A stretch of DNA of 64,000 bases from Oligoflexales bacterium (lineage in GTDB: Bacteria; Bdellovibrionota_B; Oligoflexia; Oligoflexales; CAIYRB01): the NCBI GenBank assembly GCA_041736175.1, contig JBGSUI010000069.1:22510-86509 (forward strand), given 5' to 3'. Of this stretch, positions 1 to 10,442 are shown piece by piece. The notes beneath the pieces are model-generated. The model saw only the letters and a list, made by a program, of their open reading frames with translations, did no database searches and was not told the DNA's origin. Numbering within the stretch: position 1 is the stretch's first letter; every line of letters starts with the position of its first letter. Made by a program: the position numbers and the translations under genes.

Positions 1-771
1 GACGCCCATGTTTTCTGTGCTCCCGATCAGATCGAACAAGAGATCACCCGAGTGCTCGACCAAATCGACACAGCTTATAAGGATCTTGGGTTTAGCCAAT
101 ACCGTATGGAGCTTTCGACCCGGCCTGCCAAATCCATCGGCTCAGAGGAGATCTGGACCAAGGCAGAAAAAGCCCTTAAGGACTGCCTGGAAAAATCCGG
201 CCGTCCCTTTAAGGTTAATCCAGGGGACGGGGCTTTTTATGGCCCTAAAATCGATTTTCACCTGATCGACTCCCTAGAGAGGAGCTGGCAGTGTGGGACA
301 GTCCAACTGGACTTTTCGATGCCATCCCGTTTCGAATTGCAGTATGTGGGCTCCGACGACAAACCCCATACTCCCGTGATGATCCATCGGGCGGTCCTGG
401 GGAGTTTGGAACGGTTTATGGGGATTTTTATCGAACACTATGCAGGGCATTTCCCCCTTTGGGCCGCTCCTGTCCAGGTCAAACTCATCAACGTCGCCAA
501 GGACCAGGAAGAGTATACGGCGGTCTTGGCCAAGGAGTTTGCAGGAGCTGGGGTGCGGGTGGAAATCGACCTTCGCAACGAAAAACTTGGGTTTAAAATC
601 CGCGAAGCCCAGCTAGCAAAAGTCCCCTATATGGTGGTTCTTGGGGAAAAAGAACGGGAGACGGGGACCGTAAGCCCGCGGTTTTGGCAGGGCCAGCAGC
701 TAGAGGCCATGACACCCGCGATCTTTATTGAGCACCTGCGTAAAGAGTGTGGATCTCTCTGGGGAGTTTAG
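1..771 (+). CDS. thrS: Threonyl-tRNA synthetase, C-terminal part (5' end outside window)
   Basis: Frame open from base 1 (DAHVFC...); motifs GAFYGPKID, WQCGTVQLDF, MIHRAVLGSLERF; anticodon-binding domain KIREAQLAKVPY. Confidence 0.97.
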   Translation, partial: DAHVFCAPDQIEQEITRVLDQIDTAYKDLGFSQYRMELSTRPAKSIGSEEIWTKAEKALKDCLEKSGRPFKVNPGDGAFYGPKIDFHLIDSLERSWQCGTVQLDFSMPSRFELQYVGSDDKPHTPVMIHRAVLGSLERFMGIFIEHYAGHFPLWAAPVQVKLINVAKDQEEYTAVLAKEFAGAGVRVEIDLRNEKLGFKIREAQLAKVPYMVVLGEKERETGTVSPRFWQGQQLEAMTPAIFIEHLRKECGSLWGV

Positions 772-793
772 TTTTATTGTTTACTAAGTAGGA

Positions 794-2575
794 ATGATTG
801 ATATGCATCAAAGTGAATCGACTCCACGGCGGCCTTATCTGATCTGTGTAGCCTGGCCCTATGCCAATGGCCCACAGCATATTGGACATATGACGGGGGC
901 TTACCTGCCATCCGATGTTTTTGCGCGGTTTTTACGGATGCGCGGCGAAAAAGTGGTGATGGTGAGCGGCTCCGACAGTCATGGGACTCCGGTGAGTTTG
1001 CGGGCCCAAAGTGAAGGCCGTAGCGAAACCGAGGTCTTTGAGGCTTTTCATGGTGGGTTTATCGATTCCTATTTAAAGTTTGGTTTGACCTTTGACCTGT
1101 TTACCCATACCCATACCGAACTCCATGCCCAAGTGGTTCAAGATTTTTTTAAAGATTTGATGCAAAAAGGTTTTATCTATACGGCGCGTTCTAAACAACT
1201 CTTTGATACCACCGCCAACCGCTTTTTGCCCGACCGCTATATCGAGGGCGAATGCCCCATTTGTGGTTTTAAAGATGCCCGGGGGGACCAGTGTGATCAA
1301 TGTGGCAAGACCTATGATGCGGCAGAGCTTAAGAATCCTCGCTCCAGCCTTTCTGGATCTACTGATTTAGAAGTACGGGAAACGGAGCATTTCTATTTGG
1401 ATCTTGCGCCTTTTAATAAAACGCTCCTCCAATGGATTGGGACTGACAAAGATCACTGGAGGCGGCATGTCCTTAATTTTTCGAGAGGGGAGTTAGACAA
1501 GCAGGACCTGAGGGGCCGGGCGATCACCCGGGACTTAGACTGGGGTGTAAAGATCCCAATCGATGGGTATGATGATAAACGTATCTATGTTTGGTTTGAA
1601 GCGGTCCAAGGCTATCTCTCGGCCACGATGGAATGGGCCAAGCTCACAGGGGCCCCTGAGGCGTGGCAGGAGTTTTGGGTCCAAGAGCAGGGTGCTAAAA
1701 GCTATTACTTTATCGGCAAGGATAATATCACTTTCCACACTATTTTGTGGCCTGCCATGCTGATGGCCCGCCAGGGGCTAAACCTCCCCTACGACGTACC
1801 AGCCAACGAGTACCTGAATAGCTACGGGCGTAAGTTTAGCAAGAGCCGCGGCACTTCGATCGGCATTTCAGATGTTTTGTCTAGGTACCAGGTGGATGCC
1901 TGGAGGTATGCTCTGGTTGCGATTGCTCCAGAGACGGGGGATGTGGATTTTACCTGGGATGATTTTGTCGAAAAGGTAAATAACGAGCTGGTGGCTAATT
2001 GGGGCAATCTCGTCAACCGGGTGTTAGGGTTTGCCTACAAACGTTACGAGGGGTGTGTTCCCCAGCCAGGAGAATTTAGCCCCGAAGACCAGAGGCTCTT
2101 AGACGAGATAAAGTCTGGTTTTGACTCTGTCGGCCAGCTATTTCAGGGCGTCAAGCTCCGCAATGCCCTCGAAGAGCTGCGGCGCCTGAGCCAAAGGTGT
2201 AACCAATACCTTAGCGATCATGCCCCGTGGACTCTCATTAAAACAGATCCCGCGCGGGCTGCGACGGTGGTCTATGTGGCTCTGCAGTGCATCGACTGGC
2301 TTAAGACCATGTGGGCCCCGATCTTGATTGAGAGTAGCCAAAAGATTCACGAGTCTCTTGGGTATGACGGACCGCTTTTCGGGCGGCAGTGGACTGAAAC
2401 CGTGGAGGAGTCTCACTCAAAACACCTGGTCTTAAGGTACGACCATGCCGGTGCGGTGGGGACCTGGGATTCTACGACCCGGCTAGCTCCGGGAAAAGCC
2501 ATGCGTGAGCCGGCGGCTCCCTTTCAAAAGTTAGATCCGAAGGTGGTGGAGTTGGAGGGGGGTGGAGGGGCGTGA
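794..2575 (+). CDS. metG: Methionyl-tRNA synthetase without C-terminal OB/dimerisation domain
   Basis: [11 protein letters not shown] (HIGH), Zn knuckles [35 protein letters not shown] (KMSKS). Confidence 0.96.
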   Translation: MIDMHQSESTPRRPYLICVAWPYANGPQHIGHMTGAYLPSDVFARFLRMRGEKVVMVSGSDSHGTPVSLRAQSEGRSETEVFEAFHGGFIDSYLKFGLTFDLFTHTHTELHAQVVQDFFKDLMQKGFIYTARSKQLFDTTANRFLPDRYIEGECPICGFKDARGDQCDQCGKTYDAAELKNPRSSLSGSTDLEVRETEHFYLDLAPFNKTLLQWIGTDKDHWRRHVLNFSRGELDKQDLRGRAITRDLDWGVKIPIDGYDDKRIYVWFEAVQGYLSATMEWAKLTGAPEAWQEFWVQEQGAKSYYFIGKDNITFHTILWPAMLMARQGLNLPYDVPANEYLNSYGRKFSKSRGTSIGISDVLSRYQVDAWRYALVAIAPETGDVDFTWDDFVEKVNNELVANWGNLVNRVLGFAYKRYEGCVPQPGEFSPEDQRLLDEIKSGFDSVGQLFQGVKLRNALEELRRLSQRCNQYLSDHAPWTLIKTDPARAATVVYVALQCIDWLKTMWAPILIESSQKIHESLGYDGPLFGRQWTETVEESHSKHLVLRYDHAGAVGTWDSTTRLAPGKAMREPAAPFQKLDPKVVELEGGGGA

Positions 2576-2656
2576 AAAAAAACAAGATGAGCCCGCACTT
2601 GAATTCGGGATTATGGTCATGGGGTTTGCCGTCATAGATTGTGAGAGAGGTGCAGC

Positions 2657-3268
2657 ATTCCATATAACGAATATACAATTGAAAAATTTGAATCGGATTT
2701 TGGATTCAAGGTACGTCTTACCAATACGGAAATTCCTACACAGGCGCGTATTGAACCATCAGAACTCATTGTAAAGACGATTAAAAGAAATATGGCGATC
2801 GCCATGCGGTCGGCCACAGAAAAGGCAAAATCAGAAAACTTTGTCGCACCTGTGCTCTCTGAAATAGAGGCAATCATGCCGGGTGCTATTTCCGTCTTTT
2901 CAGGCACAAAACTAACCTGTTCCGACCCTCGTCTGACTGGGTTTGTTGATTTTGCTATCAGCGCAGAGCCCAACCGACTGGTGCTTTCAAGCCCTCTTTG
3001 CACGATTGTGGAAGCGAAAAATGATGATCTATACTTGGCTTATGGCCAGCTTGCTTCTGAGCTTCTTGCTGGAAAAATTAGAAATGAGGAAGATGGGAAA
3101 AAGATATTGCCGTTTGGAATAGCAACAAACGGAATTGAATGGCAGTTTGCAGAAATAACAAAGGAATCGATTCTGATTTATACCCAGCTTTTTAATATCT
3201 CTGATCTTGGCGCGCTTATTGGAACCATTGCTGGTCTGATCAATATTCGGCTAGCGGAACTCACCTAA
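2657..3268 (+). CDS. PD-(D/E)xK-like hypothetical protein; probable ATT start (ORF track starts at 2792)
   Basis: TEKAKSENFVAPVL, GFVDF, IVEAK, GIATNGIEWQF resemble restriction-endonuclease-like hypotheticals; frame open upstream to ATT at 2657, preceded by GAGGTG. Confidence 0.6.
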   Translation: MPYNEYTIEKFESDFGFKVRLTNTEIPTQARIEPSELIVKTIKRNMAIAMRSATEKAKSENFVAPVLSEIEAIMPGAISVFSGTKLTCSDPRLTGFVDFAISAEPNRLVLSSPLCTIVEAKNDDLYLAYGQLASELLAGKIRNEEDGKKILPFGIATNGIEWQFAEITKESILIYTQLFNISDLGALIGTIAGLINIRLAELT

Positions 3269-3483
3269 ATCTTTGCCATTGGATTTGGGTGTGGCTGTGA
3301 AACCAGTTTGCGAAAAGATGGTTTTTTGACAGTGTCTCAATCTTAAACACTGTTTACCGCTTAATGCTCTTGCCGATAAATCGAAATCATCAAACAATTC
3401 TGGCATCTTAAGATTTAAACAACCCTCCCGAGAGATTGAGACCGGCTTTTGCAGGTAATCCCATAGATTAGATTTTAAAATAT

Positions 3484-4323
3484 ATGGGGGTTGCTATGAC
3501 TTTGCGACAACAATGGTGCCTTTTGTCTATCCTGAGCGGTATGGCCCTTATCGGCTTTTATGGTTGCCAAGGAGCAGGTGGCATCGGTGGTGTACCGGGC
3601 GATGGTGGTCAGTCGATCACTATGAGTGCACCCACACCAACCCCGCCATTTACAGCAGGAGTCACCCTGTTTACCTACATCTTAAAATGCGATGGTGATC
3701 CAGCAGGCTCCCATAAAATAAACCCTGCTGCCGGTGCCGATATCGTATTTCCCAATGTAAGGGTCGCTCAGGGCGCCAATTGTAAAGTCCAGATGGCTAC
3801 TGATGTTTCCAAGCTATCCTCCGCAGAATATAAATTTACGGGAGCCTTAGAGGGCGGACAAACCATTGTTTACGAAGGATCTGCAAAAACACAGGCAGCA
3901 CCAAGTGGTGGCAAAGGTTTAGTCATAGATGTGACTCTAATACCGATCTATGACTCGCCCGAAAGGGTCTCCCGTGCGGTCATTATTCCCTTTACAGTCA
4001 CCCAAGCAGACGACAAACTTTTTCCTAAAAAATTTAAATTGGTATGTGGAATGATTGAAAACCCTGGATCTTGTTTTAAAGATTCAATCAAAAGTCAGGT
4101 TAAGTGCGAGGGTGTCTCTACAAAAGCCCAGGCAGACTGTACCTTGAAGGCGACTTCAGAGGATCTACAAGCAAATTACGAGTCAAAATCCTTTTCTATA
4201 TCCGAAGGCAAAGCTAATACAGATGCGGAAACGGCTTCTGTGGAATTGCTCCAGGCGACCCAGGCTTCTGGTCCCATTAAGATAAACGCTACCATTCAGC
4301 AAAAACCGACTTCTACGCCTTAG
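3484..4323 (+). CDS. Hypothetical lipoprotein, beta-rich with paired Cys
   Basis: Hydrophobic leader ending FYGC, Gly/Pro linker, 279-aa ORF. Confidence 0.7.
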   Translation: MGVAMTLRQQWCLLSILSGMALIGFYGCQGAGGIGGVPGDGGQSITMSAPTPTPPFTAGVTLFTYILKCDGDPAGSHKINPAAGADIVFPNVRVAQGANCKVQMATDVSKLSSAEYKFTGALEGGQTIVYEGSAKTQAAPSGGKGLVIDVTLIPIYDSPERVSRAVIIPFTVTQADDKLFPKKFKLVCGMIENPGSCFKDSIKSQVKCEGVSTKAQADCTLKATSEDLQANYESKSFSISEGKANTDAETASVELLQATQASGPIKINATIQQKPTSTP

Positions 4324-4343
4324 CTTAGCCAAAATCGTGACGA

Positions 4344-4580
4344 TTAATAGCACCGAAGGGTGCCCATAATCTTGACGACGCGGGTGCCACCCGTCTTATA
4401 GCAGCGCACGATTGCTTTTTTGTAATCCTGGGCTTCGTTTTCATTGACGGGAGCTGAACCGCTTTCGTTGCCAAGAACATCTCCGCTACCGCCGCCCCCG
4501 GAGGCGCATGCCAACGGTGCCAACACTAAGAAAACGGACCATGTTTTTTGAAAAAGTTCAAAAAGACTGAGCTTTATCAT
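4344..4580 (-). CDS. Small hypothetical lipoprotein
   Basis: Leader ending LAC, Gly-rich linker, C-terminal Cys pair (RCYKTGG...LRCY). Confidence 0.6.
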   Translation of the reverse strand: MIKLSLFELFQKTWSVFLVLAPLACASGGGGSGDVLGNESGSAPVNENEAQDYKKAIVRCYKTGGTRVVKIMGTLRCY

Positions 4581-4762
4581 ACCATCTCGCTATGTTGTCG
4601 TAAAAAAAGTCAAGAATGGAAGGGCCAGGGGCATGACACTTTTCCGAAGCTAAGGCGTAAGTAACGCTATAGCTATCCTAGCATGGGTACCACCCTGTGA
4701 CAAATACCAGCTTTAGGTCGGAGGGGGGTAGTCGGAGTTCCTGATCTCGGCAACCAGAGGAT

Positions 4763-6913
4763 TTAGCTCAGCCGTAGCGGCAAGCGGGTCAATCTTTTTT
4801 GGGTCAACCTATAGAGCCCGTTGGCCACTGCTGGAGCGATAGGCGGCAGCCCTGGCTCCCCTAGGCCGGTCGGAGGGTCCTGGGATGCCACAAAAAAGAC
4901 TCGGGTTTGGGGCATCTGGGACATTTTTAGGATTGGAAAATCATGGTAGTTTCTTTGTTTAACCTGGCCCTGCTTAAAGGTTAACTCCTGAAAGAGACAT
5001 GCGGATAAACCAAAAGCTATAGATCCTTCCACTTGGGATCTAGCGTTGGTAGGATTGATCACCGTGCCACAGTGAACGGCAGCATCTACCCGATGGATCG
5101 TCGGGGTTTTTTGGTCCTGACCTAAGGATACTTCTACCACCTGGCCGATGACTGTGTTGAAAGATTCGTGGATCGCAAGGCCAAACCTACGACCAGCGGC
5201 GGGTTTTTCCTTCCAGAAGGATGATTTTTCAAGGAGGTCGAGGACTGCTAGATGGCGCGGATTTTTACTGAGTAGGGGACGCCGAAAAGCCAATGGATCT
5301 TGTTGGGCAGCTTCTGCCAGTTGGTCCAAGAGGGTTTCCATAACAAAGGCTGTATGGGTGTGGCCCACGGACCGCCACCATAGGGAGGAAATGGGAGTCT
5401 CCGGCATATGGAGATCTAAGCTCATAGCAGGAAGCTGATAGGCGGTGCCTTGGACTCCCTCGACGACGCCGCCATCAATGCCGGTTTTTCTGACTTGGGC
5501 ATCAAAGGATGATCCAAGCATCACACTTTGGCCGACGATTTGATGGTGCCAAGCGATCGGCGCGGCCTTGGCATCAAGGGCAATTTTGACCCGATGTTTA
5601 GTGTAAGGTCGATAGAAGCCGCCATGCATATCGTCTTCACGCGAATAAACCAATTTAACTGGCTTCCTAAGACTCTTAGCAATCAGGCAGGCATTGACCA
5701 CAAATTCGCTGGTCTTTGATGCTCTCCGGCCAAAACTGCCGCCCGCAAAAGTGGTGATCATTTCGATTTTTTCGGGCGCAAGAGCAAGGGCCTTTGCTGC
5801 GGCTGCACGGTCAGAGGTCGGCATCTGGAATGCGGACCAGATTTTGGCTTTTTTACCGTCAAAATCCACCGTACAGTTTAAAGGCTCCATGGAGGCATGG
5901 GCTAGCCACGGAAACTCAAATTCTGCTTCGATGGTCTTAGCGGCTTTTTTGAGATTGGGGAGGGTCTCAGGATGTTTGATCACCGGGGTCCCAGGTGTTT
6001 CAAAAAACTGGCTAAACCGCTGGCTTTGGGTTTCTGTGGTGGTCATGGGATCTGAGCTCAGATTCCACTTGAGTTCCAGAGCTTCGCGACCTTTAAAAGC
6101 TCCATAGGTCGAGGTGGCGACCACAGCCACAAGGTTGCCAAACACTTCGGCATGGACTACTCCGGCCACGGACTTAGCTGGTCCGAGGTTTACAGGAGTT
6201 TTGAGAGTCGCTCCAAAGGGAGGCTGCGCCAACACCCCGTAGACCATGCCTGGCACGCGAAGATCCATGCCGTAGACAGCATCCCCACGACTTTTTACAG
6301 GGGCATCAATCCGCGGCATGGATTGGCCAATCACTTTAAATTGGCTTGGATCCTTTAAGACCAGGGAGTCGGGTGGAATTTCTTTTTGTGCCGATGCTGC
6401 CACCGCACCATAGGCTAAAGATCCCTTTTGGGGGTGATAAATAACCCCTTTTTCTGCTCGACAACTTTTAGGAGGCACCTTCCAGCGACGGGCGGCCGCC
6501 TGGATAAGCATCTCCCTAGCCATGGCACCAACCTTGCGAAGCTGGACCCAAGACGTGGCGACCGAAGAACTCCCGCCCACAAACTGTACAGGGGCAAACA
6601 TGTGATTGTAGACTGGCGCCACAGGAGAGTGTTCACAGCGAATCTGATTCCAATCACACTCTAGCTCCTCGGCGAGGAGTTGGGCTAGGGAGGTAAAAAC
6701 ACCTTGCCCCATTTCGAGCTTATGGATGACGACAGTCACTGTATTGTCAGACCCAATTTTAATAAAGGCGTTGGCTAGGTGGGGAGATCCAAAATTTTCT
6801 TTTTCTTCTAAGGTCGCACCCATCACCTTTTGCATCCCGTGCAGGTGGAACCCTATCACGAGTCCCAAGCTTGTTTTGACTGCAGATCTTCGACTAGTTC
6901 CTGATTTTTCCAT
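4763..6913 (-). CDS. iorB: Isoquinoline 1-oxidoreductase beta-like molybdopterin-binding subunit (xanthine dehydrogenase family)
   Basis: EMGQGV, GGSSS, AHASMEP, GGSFGRR, WWRSVGH, SQVEGS, GLGEPG; Tat-like SRRSAVK; SD before ATG 6913. Confidence 0.88.
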   Translation of the reverse strand: MEKSGTSRRSAVKTSLGLVIGFHLHGMQKVMGATLEEKENFGSPHLANAFIKIGSDNTVTVVIHKLEMGQGVFTSLAQLLAEELECDWNQIRCEHSPVAPVYNHMFAPVQFVGGSSSVATSWVQLRKVGAMAREMLIQAAARRWKVPPKSCRAEKGVIYHPQKGSLAYGAVAASAQKEIPPDSLVLKDPSQFKVIGQSMPRIDAPVKSRGDAVYGMDLRVPGMVYGVLAQPPFGATLKTPVNLGPAKSVAGVVHAEVFGNLVAVVATSTYGAFKGREALELKWNLSSDPMTTTETQSQRFSQFFETPGTPVIKHPETLPNLKKAAKTIEAEFEFPWLAHASMEPLNCTVDFDGKKAKIWSAFQMPTSDRAAAAKALALAPEKIEMITTFAGGSFGRRASKTSEFVVNACLIAKSLRKPVKLVYSREDDMHGGFYRPYTKHRVKIALDAKAAPIAWHHQIVGQSVMLGSSFDAQVRKTGIDGGVVEGVQGTAYQLPAMSLDLHMPETPISSLWWRSVGHTHTAFVMETLLDQLAEAAQQDPLAFRRPLLSKNPRHLAVLDLLEKSSFWKEKPAAGRRFGLAIHESFNTVIGQVVEVSLGQDQKTPTIHRVDAAVHCGTVINPTNARSQVEGSIAFGLSACLFQELTFKQGQVKQRNYHDFPILKMSQMPQTRVFFVASQDPPTGLGEPGLPPIAPAVANGLYRLTQKRLTRLPLRLS

Positions 6914-6964
6914 GGCTGGTCCCTCCTTGAGCGTCCTCTTAAAAACCACCAAACGAAACAAGAA

Positions 6965-7441
6965 TCATCCTAATTCTTCGGCAACAGTCCTAATGGCCCT
7001 CCGGATATCCATGTAGGTACCACACCGGCACAGGTAACTATCCATGGCGAGGTTGATTTGGTCCTCCGTAGGTTTGGGATTTAAGCTGAGGAGTTTTGTC
7101 GCGGCGATGATTTGGCCAGATTGGCAGTAGCCACACTGACCAACGCTCTTTTCGTTCCATACTTGTTGGACTTTTTTTGCGACCTGACCTAGGGCCGGGT
7201 CTTGGGCCAATCCTTCGATGGTCGTGATCTTTTTGCCAACCATAGACGAGGCCATAAGCTGGCAACTTCGGCTCGGCTCTCCATCGACCAACACTGTGCA
7301 GGAACCGCAGAGGGCCATACCACAGCCATATTTAGTGCCTGTAAATCCAATCGTGTCACGGATCACCCACAGGAGAGGTATCGACTCATCGGCATCTACA
7401 GGGTGATCGCGTCCATTGATCGTGAGTTTGAAAGTGGTCAT
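6965..7441 (-). CDS. iorA: [2Fe-2S] small subunit, IorA-like
   Basis: GTKYGCGMALCGSCTV, QCGYCQSGQI, LCRCGTY. Confidence 0.9.
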   Translation of the reverse strand: MTTFKLTINGRDHPVDADESIPLLWVIRDTIGFTGTKYGCGMALCGSCTVLVDGEPSRSCQLMASSMVGKKITTIEGLAQDPALGQVAKKVQQVWNEKSVGQCGYCQSGQIIAATKLLSLNPKPTEDQINLAMDSYLCRCGTYMDIRRAIRTVAEELG

Positions 7442-7670
7442 GGGTCTTGCTCCTGTGTGATAGCCAAGAATCCTTAATTTGTGTCACGTATACTGTCTAT
7501 GATGTTGCCAGTTTCTAGAAGAGTTGACCAGTCTTTTTAAAATCTATGACCTACTGTATTCCTTAGATATTTGTCTTTTTATTCAAATATCACTCAGCCT
7601 CAATGACCTATGGCCGATGAGACGGCATCTGGACTGATAGGCAGTCCAAAATGTCACGAAGGAGTTTTAA

Positions 7671-8543
7671 ATGCGGGTTCTTAAAATGAAACATTTTGTT
7701 TTATCATCAATTTTGTTTGCTGGTTGTGCAGCCCTTGGGCCAAAGCCAAGTGTCTCTCTTGTAAAGGAAGAAATTTCTAGTCATAAAAAAGTAGCCAATA
7801 TCGTGGTCACCAATGTTACTGGGATCGATTCCACGGGCAACACCGGCAAAGCTCTTTTGGCATCAGCTCTGGCAGCTTACGGCAAAAGGTCGCGTCCTGT
7901 AGCGGCATTAGCTCCAGTGATCCAAAAGATCCCTGGTTTACCCGCGGGGTTTGATGAAGTGCTACTTTCCGGATACCAGATAGAATTTGTGAAGGCTATC
8001 GAAGCTTTTAAAAAAGACGGTAAACAACCAGTGAGTCTTAAACTTTCCCCCTCCGGCGGCCTAAAGCTCACCGGGATTAAAGATCTTGCCTCCCTCGCCA
8101 AGGGCCTCGGTGGCGAGGTCGCAGCGATCTCGGAACTTGCAACCACCCTCAAAGCCGGAGATGCCGCAAAAATGGTGGCCGCAGCTGACAAAGCAAAAAA
8201 CATATTACCTCTTATCCAGACCGGTGCCGGCGCGATCATGGCTGAATTAAACGCTGACTACGTGCTCTTGACCCATGTTCAAGGGGACGAGCAGGCTTGG
8301 GAAGGTAAAAAAGAGGTGCAGTTTTTTGCGAGTCTCGTCAATATTAAGACCGGAAAAATGCGCTATTTCGGATCGATTAAAGCAGTCAAAGGGGCCATTC
8401 CAGTCCCCTATATGGCGCAATTGGGTACAATGTCATCGTCGCTCTTTGACTCTGTTGGTGAAGGCGACCCACTGCCCGAGCTGAGCGCTGCTGAAGAGTC
8501 TGGGAATGCCGAACCCGGTCGCGTTTCCCAACTCAGCAAGTAA
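7671..8543 (+). CDS. Hypothetical lipoprotein
   Basis: SD AAGGAG, lipobox FAGC, C-terminal SLVNIKTGKM (CsgG/TolB-N-like strand). Confidence 0.7.
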   Translation: MRVLKMKHFVLSSILFAGCAALGPKPSVSLVKEEISSHKKVANIVVTNVTGIDSTGNTGKALLASALAAYGKRSRPVAALAPVIQKIPGLPAGFDEVLLSGYQIEFVKAIEAFKKDGKQPVSLKLSPSGGLKLTGIKDLASLAKGLGGEVAAISELATTLKAGDAAKMVAAADKAKNILPLIQTGAGAIMAELNADYVLLTHVQGDEQAWEGKKEVQFFASLVNIKTGKMRYFGSIKAVKGAIPVPYMAQLGTMSSSLFDSVGEGDPLPELSAAEESGNAEPGRVSQLSK

Positions 8544-8992
8544 AGAGCGGACTGCTGTGATCAAGACTTGTTCTTGGGGCCTTTTGAATCGTCTAGCCCG
8601 ACTTCAGTGGGCCGCGAAAAAATGACCGGTGCTTGCAACTTTGATAACTGCACATAAATACCGTCCATTATATTACGATAAAAGTTGAGAAAAAATCCTG
8701 GGAGGTTGCCTTTGGGGGGTTAAGCCTCTGAGCATGAGGCCGATGGGCTTTACAGATAGGGGTGGTTATGGGGGTGAGGGGGCGCCATACGCGCACAAAA
8801 GGTTTGGCGTCAAGCCAGAGAAGAAAAGAGCAAACTCCCAAGATGTTTCTAAATCTAGGTTAATGAGATTGGCTGGCCGGTTAAAATCATTTCTTAGCAA
8901 AATAAATTTTTCATAAAAATCTTTGGGTTATCGATTGTTGACCGAGGCACTCTGGTCTTGAGAAATAGATTTTGAATAAAAACCTAGTTATT

Positions 8993-10402
8993 TTATGGGG
9001 TTGGTTTCTTCGGGGTTTTTTTTAGGTCCACAATGGGGCTCAGATTAAAAGGCGGATCCCATAAATCTCGATGATTTAAGATCCACTGGATTCCACTCTC
9101 CTGAGTGGTCCAGAGATCCTGGTACCAAGCATGGCGGGCCTTTTGGAGGATAAAACCTATAGGTCCTCCGGCATCCATTCCCAAAGAAATCTGGATATCG
9201 GTCCCGTTTAAGGGGAATTTTCCCAGGACCTTATGGTTGTAGCGCTCGATAAGCTGCTGCGCTTGGTCTAGGTAAGATTCTTGTGGGTCGATGGATTCGG
9301 ACAGAGCCAGAGTCGCCCGCAAGATCGGTTGGTAGAATGTCAAAAAACCAGGGTTAGACAGGACCCAGGTCCGGAGGTCGTCCAGGCGAAAGCCAAGGGT
9401 CCCATCCGAGAGTTTTGAGAATTCCTCAAGACCTCGGGAGATGGTGAGGGCTTGGCGCAAGATTTTTTTATCTCGGTTTTTTATTTTAAAGCGGGCGCCC
9501 CATTTCCAGAGATCAAGATCCCCAGTATTTGGATGAGCCTCTGCGCGAGCCTCTTTAAGCGAGCTAAGAAGCAGCCACGTCACGATGGCCAAAGGTTTAT
9601 CAGGGGTCGCTCCCGATAAGAGCTTGCCGATGGAACTCTGGTAACGCTCTGGGATGGTGTGCTGGTTGGTTGCAAGGAAATCCGCAAAGGAGCTGAGTCC
9701 AAGGTTTAGCTGAGGATCAACCTGTTCCATGGTCTTGCTGCTGACCAGGGACGGGACGGTGTCCACAAAAAAATCCCCACGGAAGATCTGCCACACCTCC
9801 GCTGTGATCCGCTCTTGGCTGATTTTTTTGAGGCCCGGGGTCAAGGGCGTTAAAGCTTCTAGGGTTCCCGGAGCAGGAGAAAATCCTAATCTCGACCAAA
9901 AGCGAAAAAACCTGAGAATCCTCAAGGTGTCTTCCTTGATGCGCTCGGCGGGGTCTCCCACAAATCTTAAGATTTTTTGTTTAAGATCTCTGATGCCGTT
10001 AACATAATCATAAACCTTGCCGTGTTGGTCCTCAAAAAGACCATTGATGGTGAAGTCTCTGCGAAGGCTATCCTCCTCAAATCCCGCCCCAAAGGCGACC
10101 ACAGCCCGTCGCCCGTCCGTCGCTACATCCTTACGAAGGGTTGTGATCTCGATAGCGGTTGAAGGGGCCAGGACCGTCACCGTCCCATGGGCAATCCCTG
10201 TGGGGATCACCTTATGGGAGCGACTTTTCATGGCATCTAAGACTTGATCGGGTGTGGCTGAAGTTACGATGTCGTAGTCCGTAGGCACCACTCCCATCAA
10301 CCGATCACGAACACATCCCCCCGCCAATCGGGCCTCAAAACCGCTGGCCTCCAGCTCGCGCAGGATCTGCAAGGCGTCGCGGTAGCGGGTGTCGTGGTCC
10401 AT
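8993..10402 (-). CDS. cca: CCA tRNA nucleotidyltransferase / poly(A) polymerase family
   Basis: LAGGCVRD, DYDIVT, EITTLR, RRDFTIN, EDTLRILRFFRF, ISQERI. Confidence 0.88.
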   Translation of the reverse strand: MDHDTRYRDALQILRELEASGFEARLAGGCVRDRLMGVVPTDYDIVTSATPDQVLDAMKSRSHKVIPTGIAHGTVTVLAPSTAIEITTLRKDVATDGRRAVVAFGAGFEEDSLRRDFTINGLFEDQHGKVYDYVNGIRDLKQKILRFVGDPAERIKEDTLRILRFFRFWSRLGFSPAPGTLEALTPLTPGLKKISQERITAEVWQIFRGDFFVDTVPSLVSSKTMEQVDPQLNLGLSSFADFLATNQHTIPERYQSSIGKLLSGATPDKPLAIVTWLLLSSLKEARAEAHPNTGDLDLWKWGARFKIKNRDKKILRQALTISRGLEEFSKLSDGTLGFRLDDLRTWVLSNPGFLTFYQPILRATLALSESIDPQESYLDQAQQLIERYNHKVLGKFPLNGTDIQISLGMDAGGPIGFILQKARHAWYQDLWTTQESGIQWILNHRDLWDPPFNLSPIVDLKKTPKKPTP

Positions 10403-10442
10403 CAGTTAGAGCCTCTAGGAATAAATAACTGGAAGCACTGAG

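Noticed and set aside
8544..8992. Possible ncRNA or 60-aa ORF in a G-rich intergenic gap
   Set aside because: No tRNA, riboswitch or other RNA family pattern recognised, and the ORF has no recognisable features.
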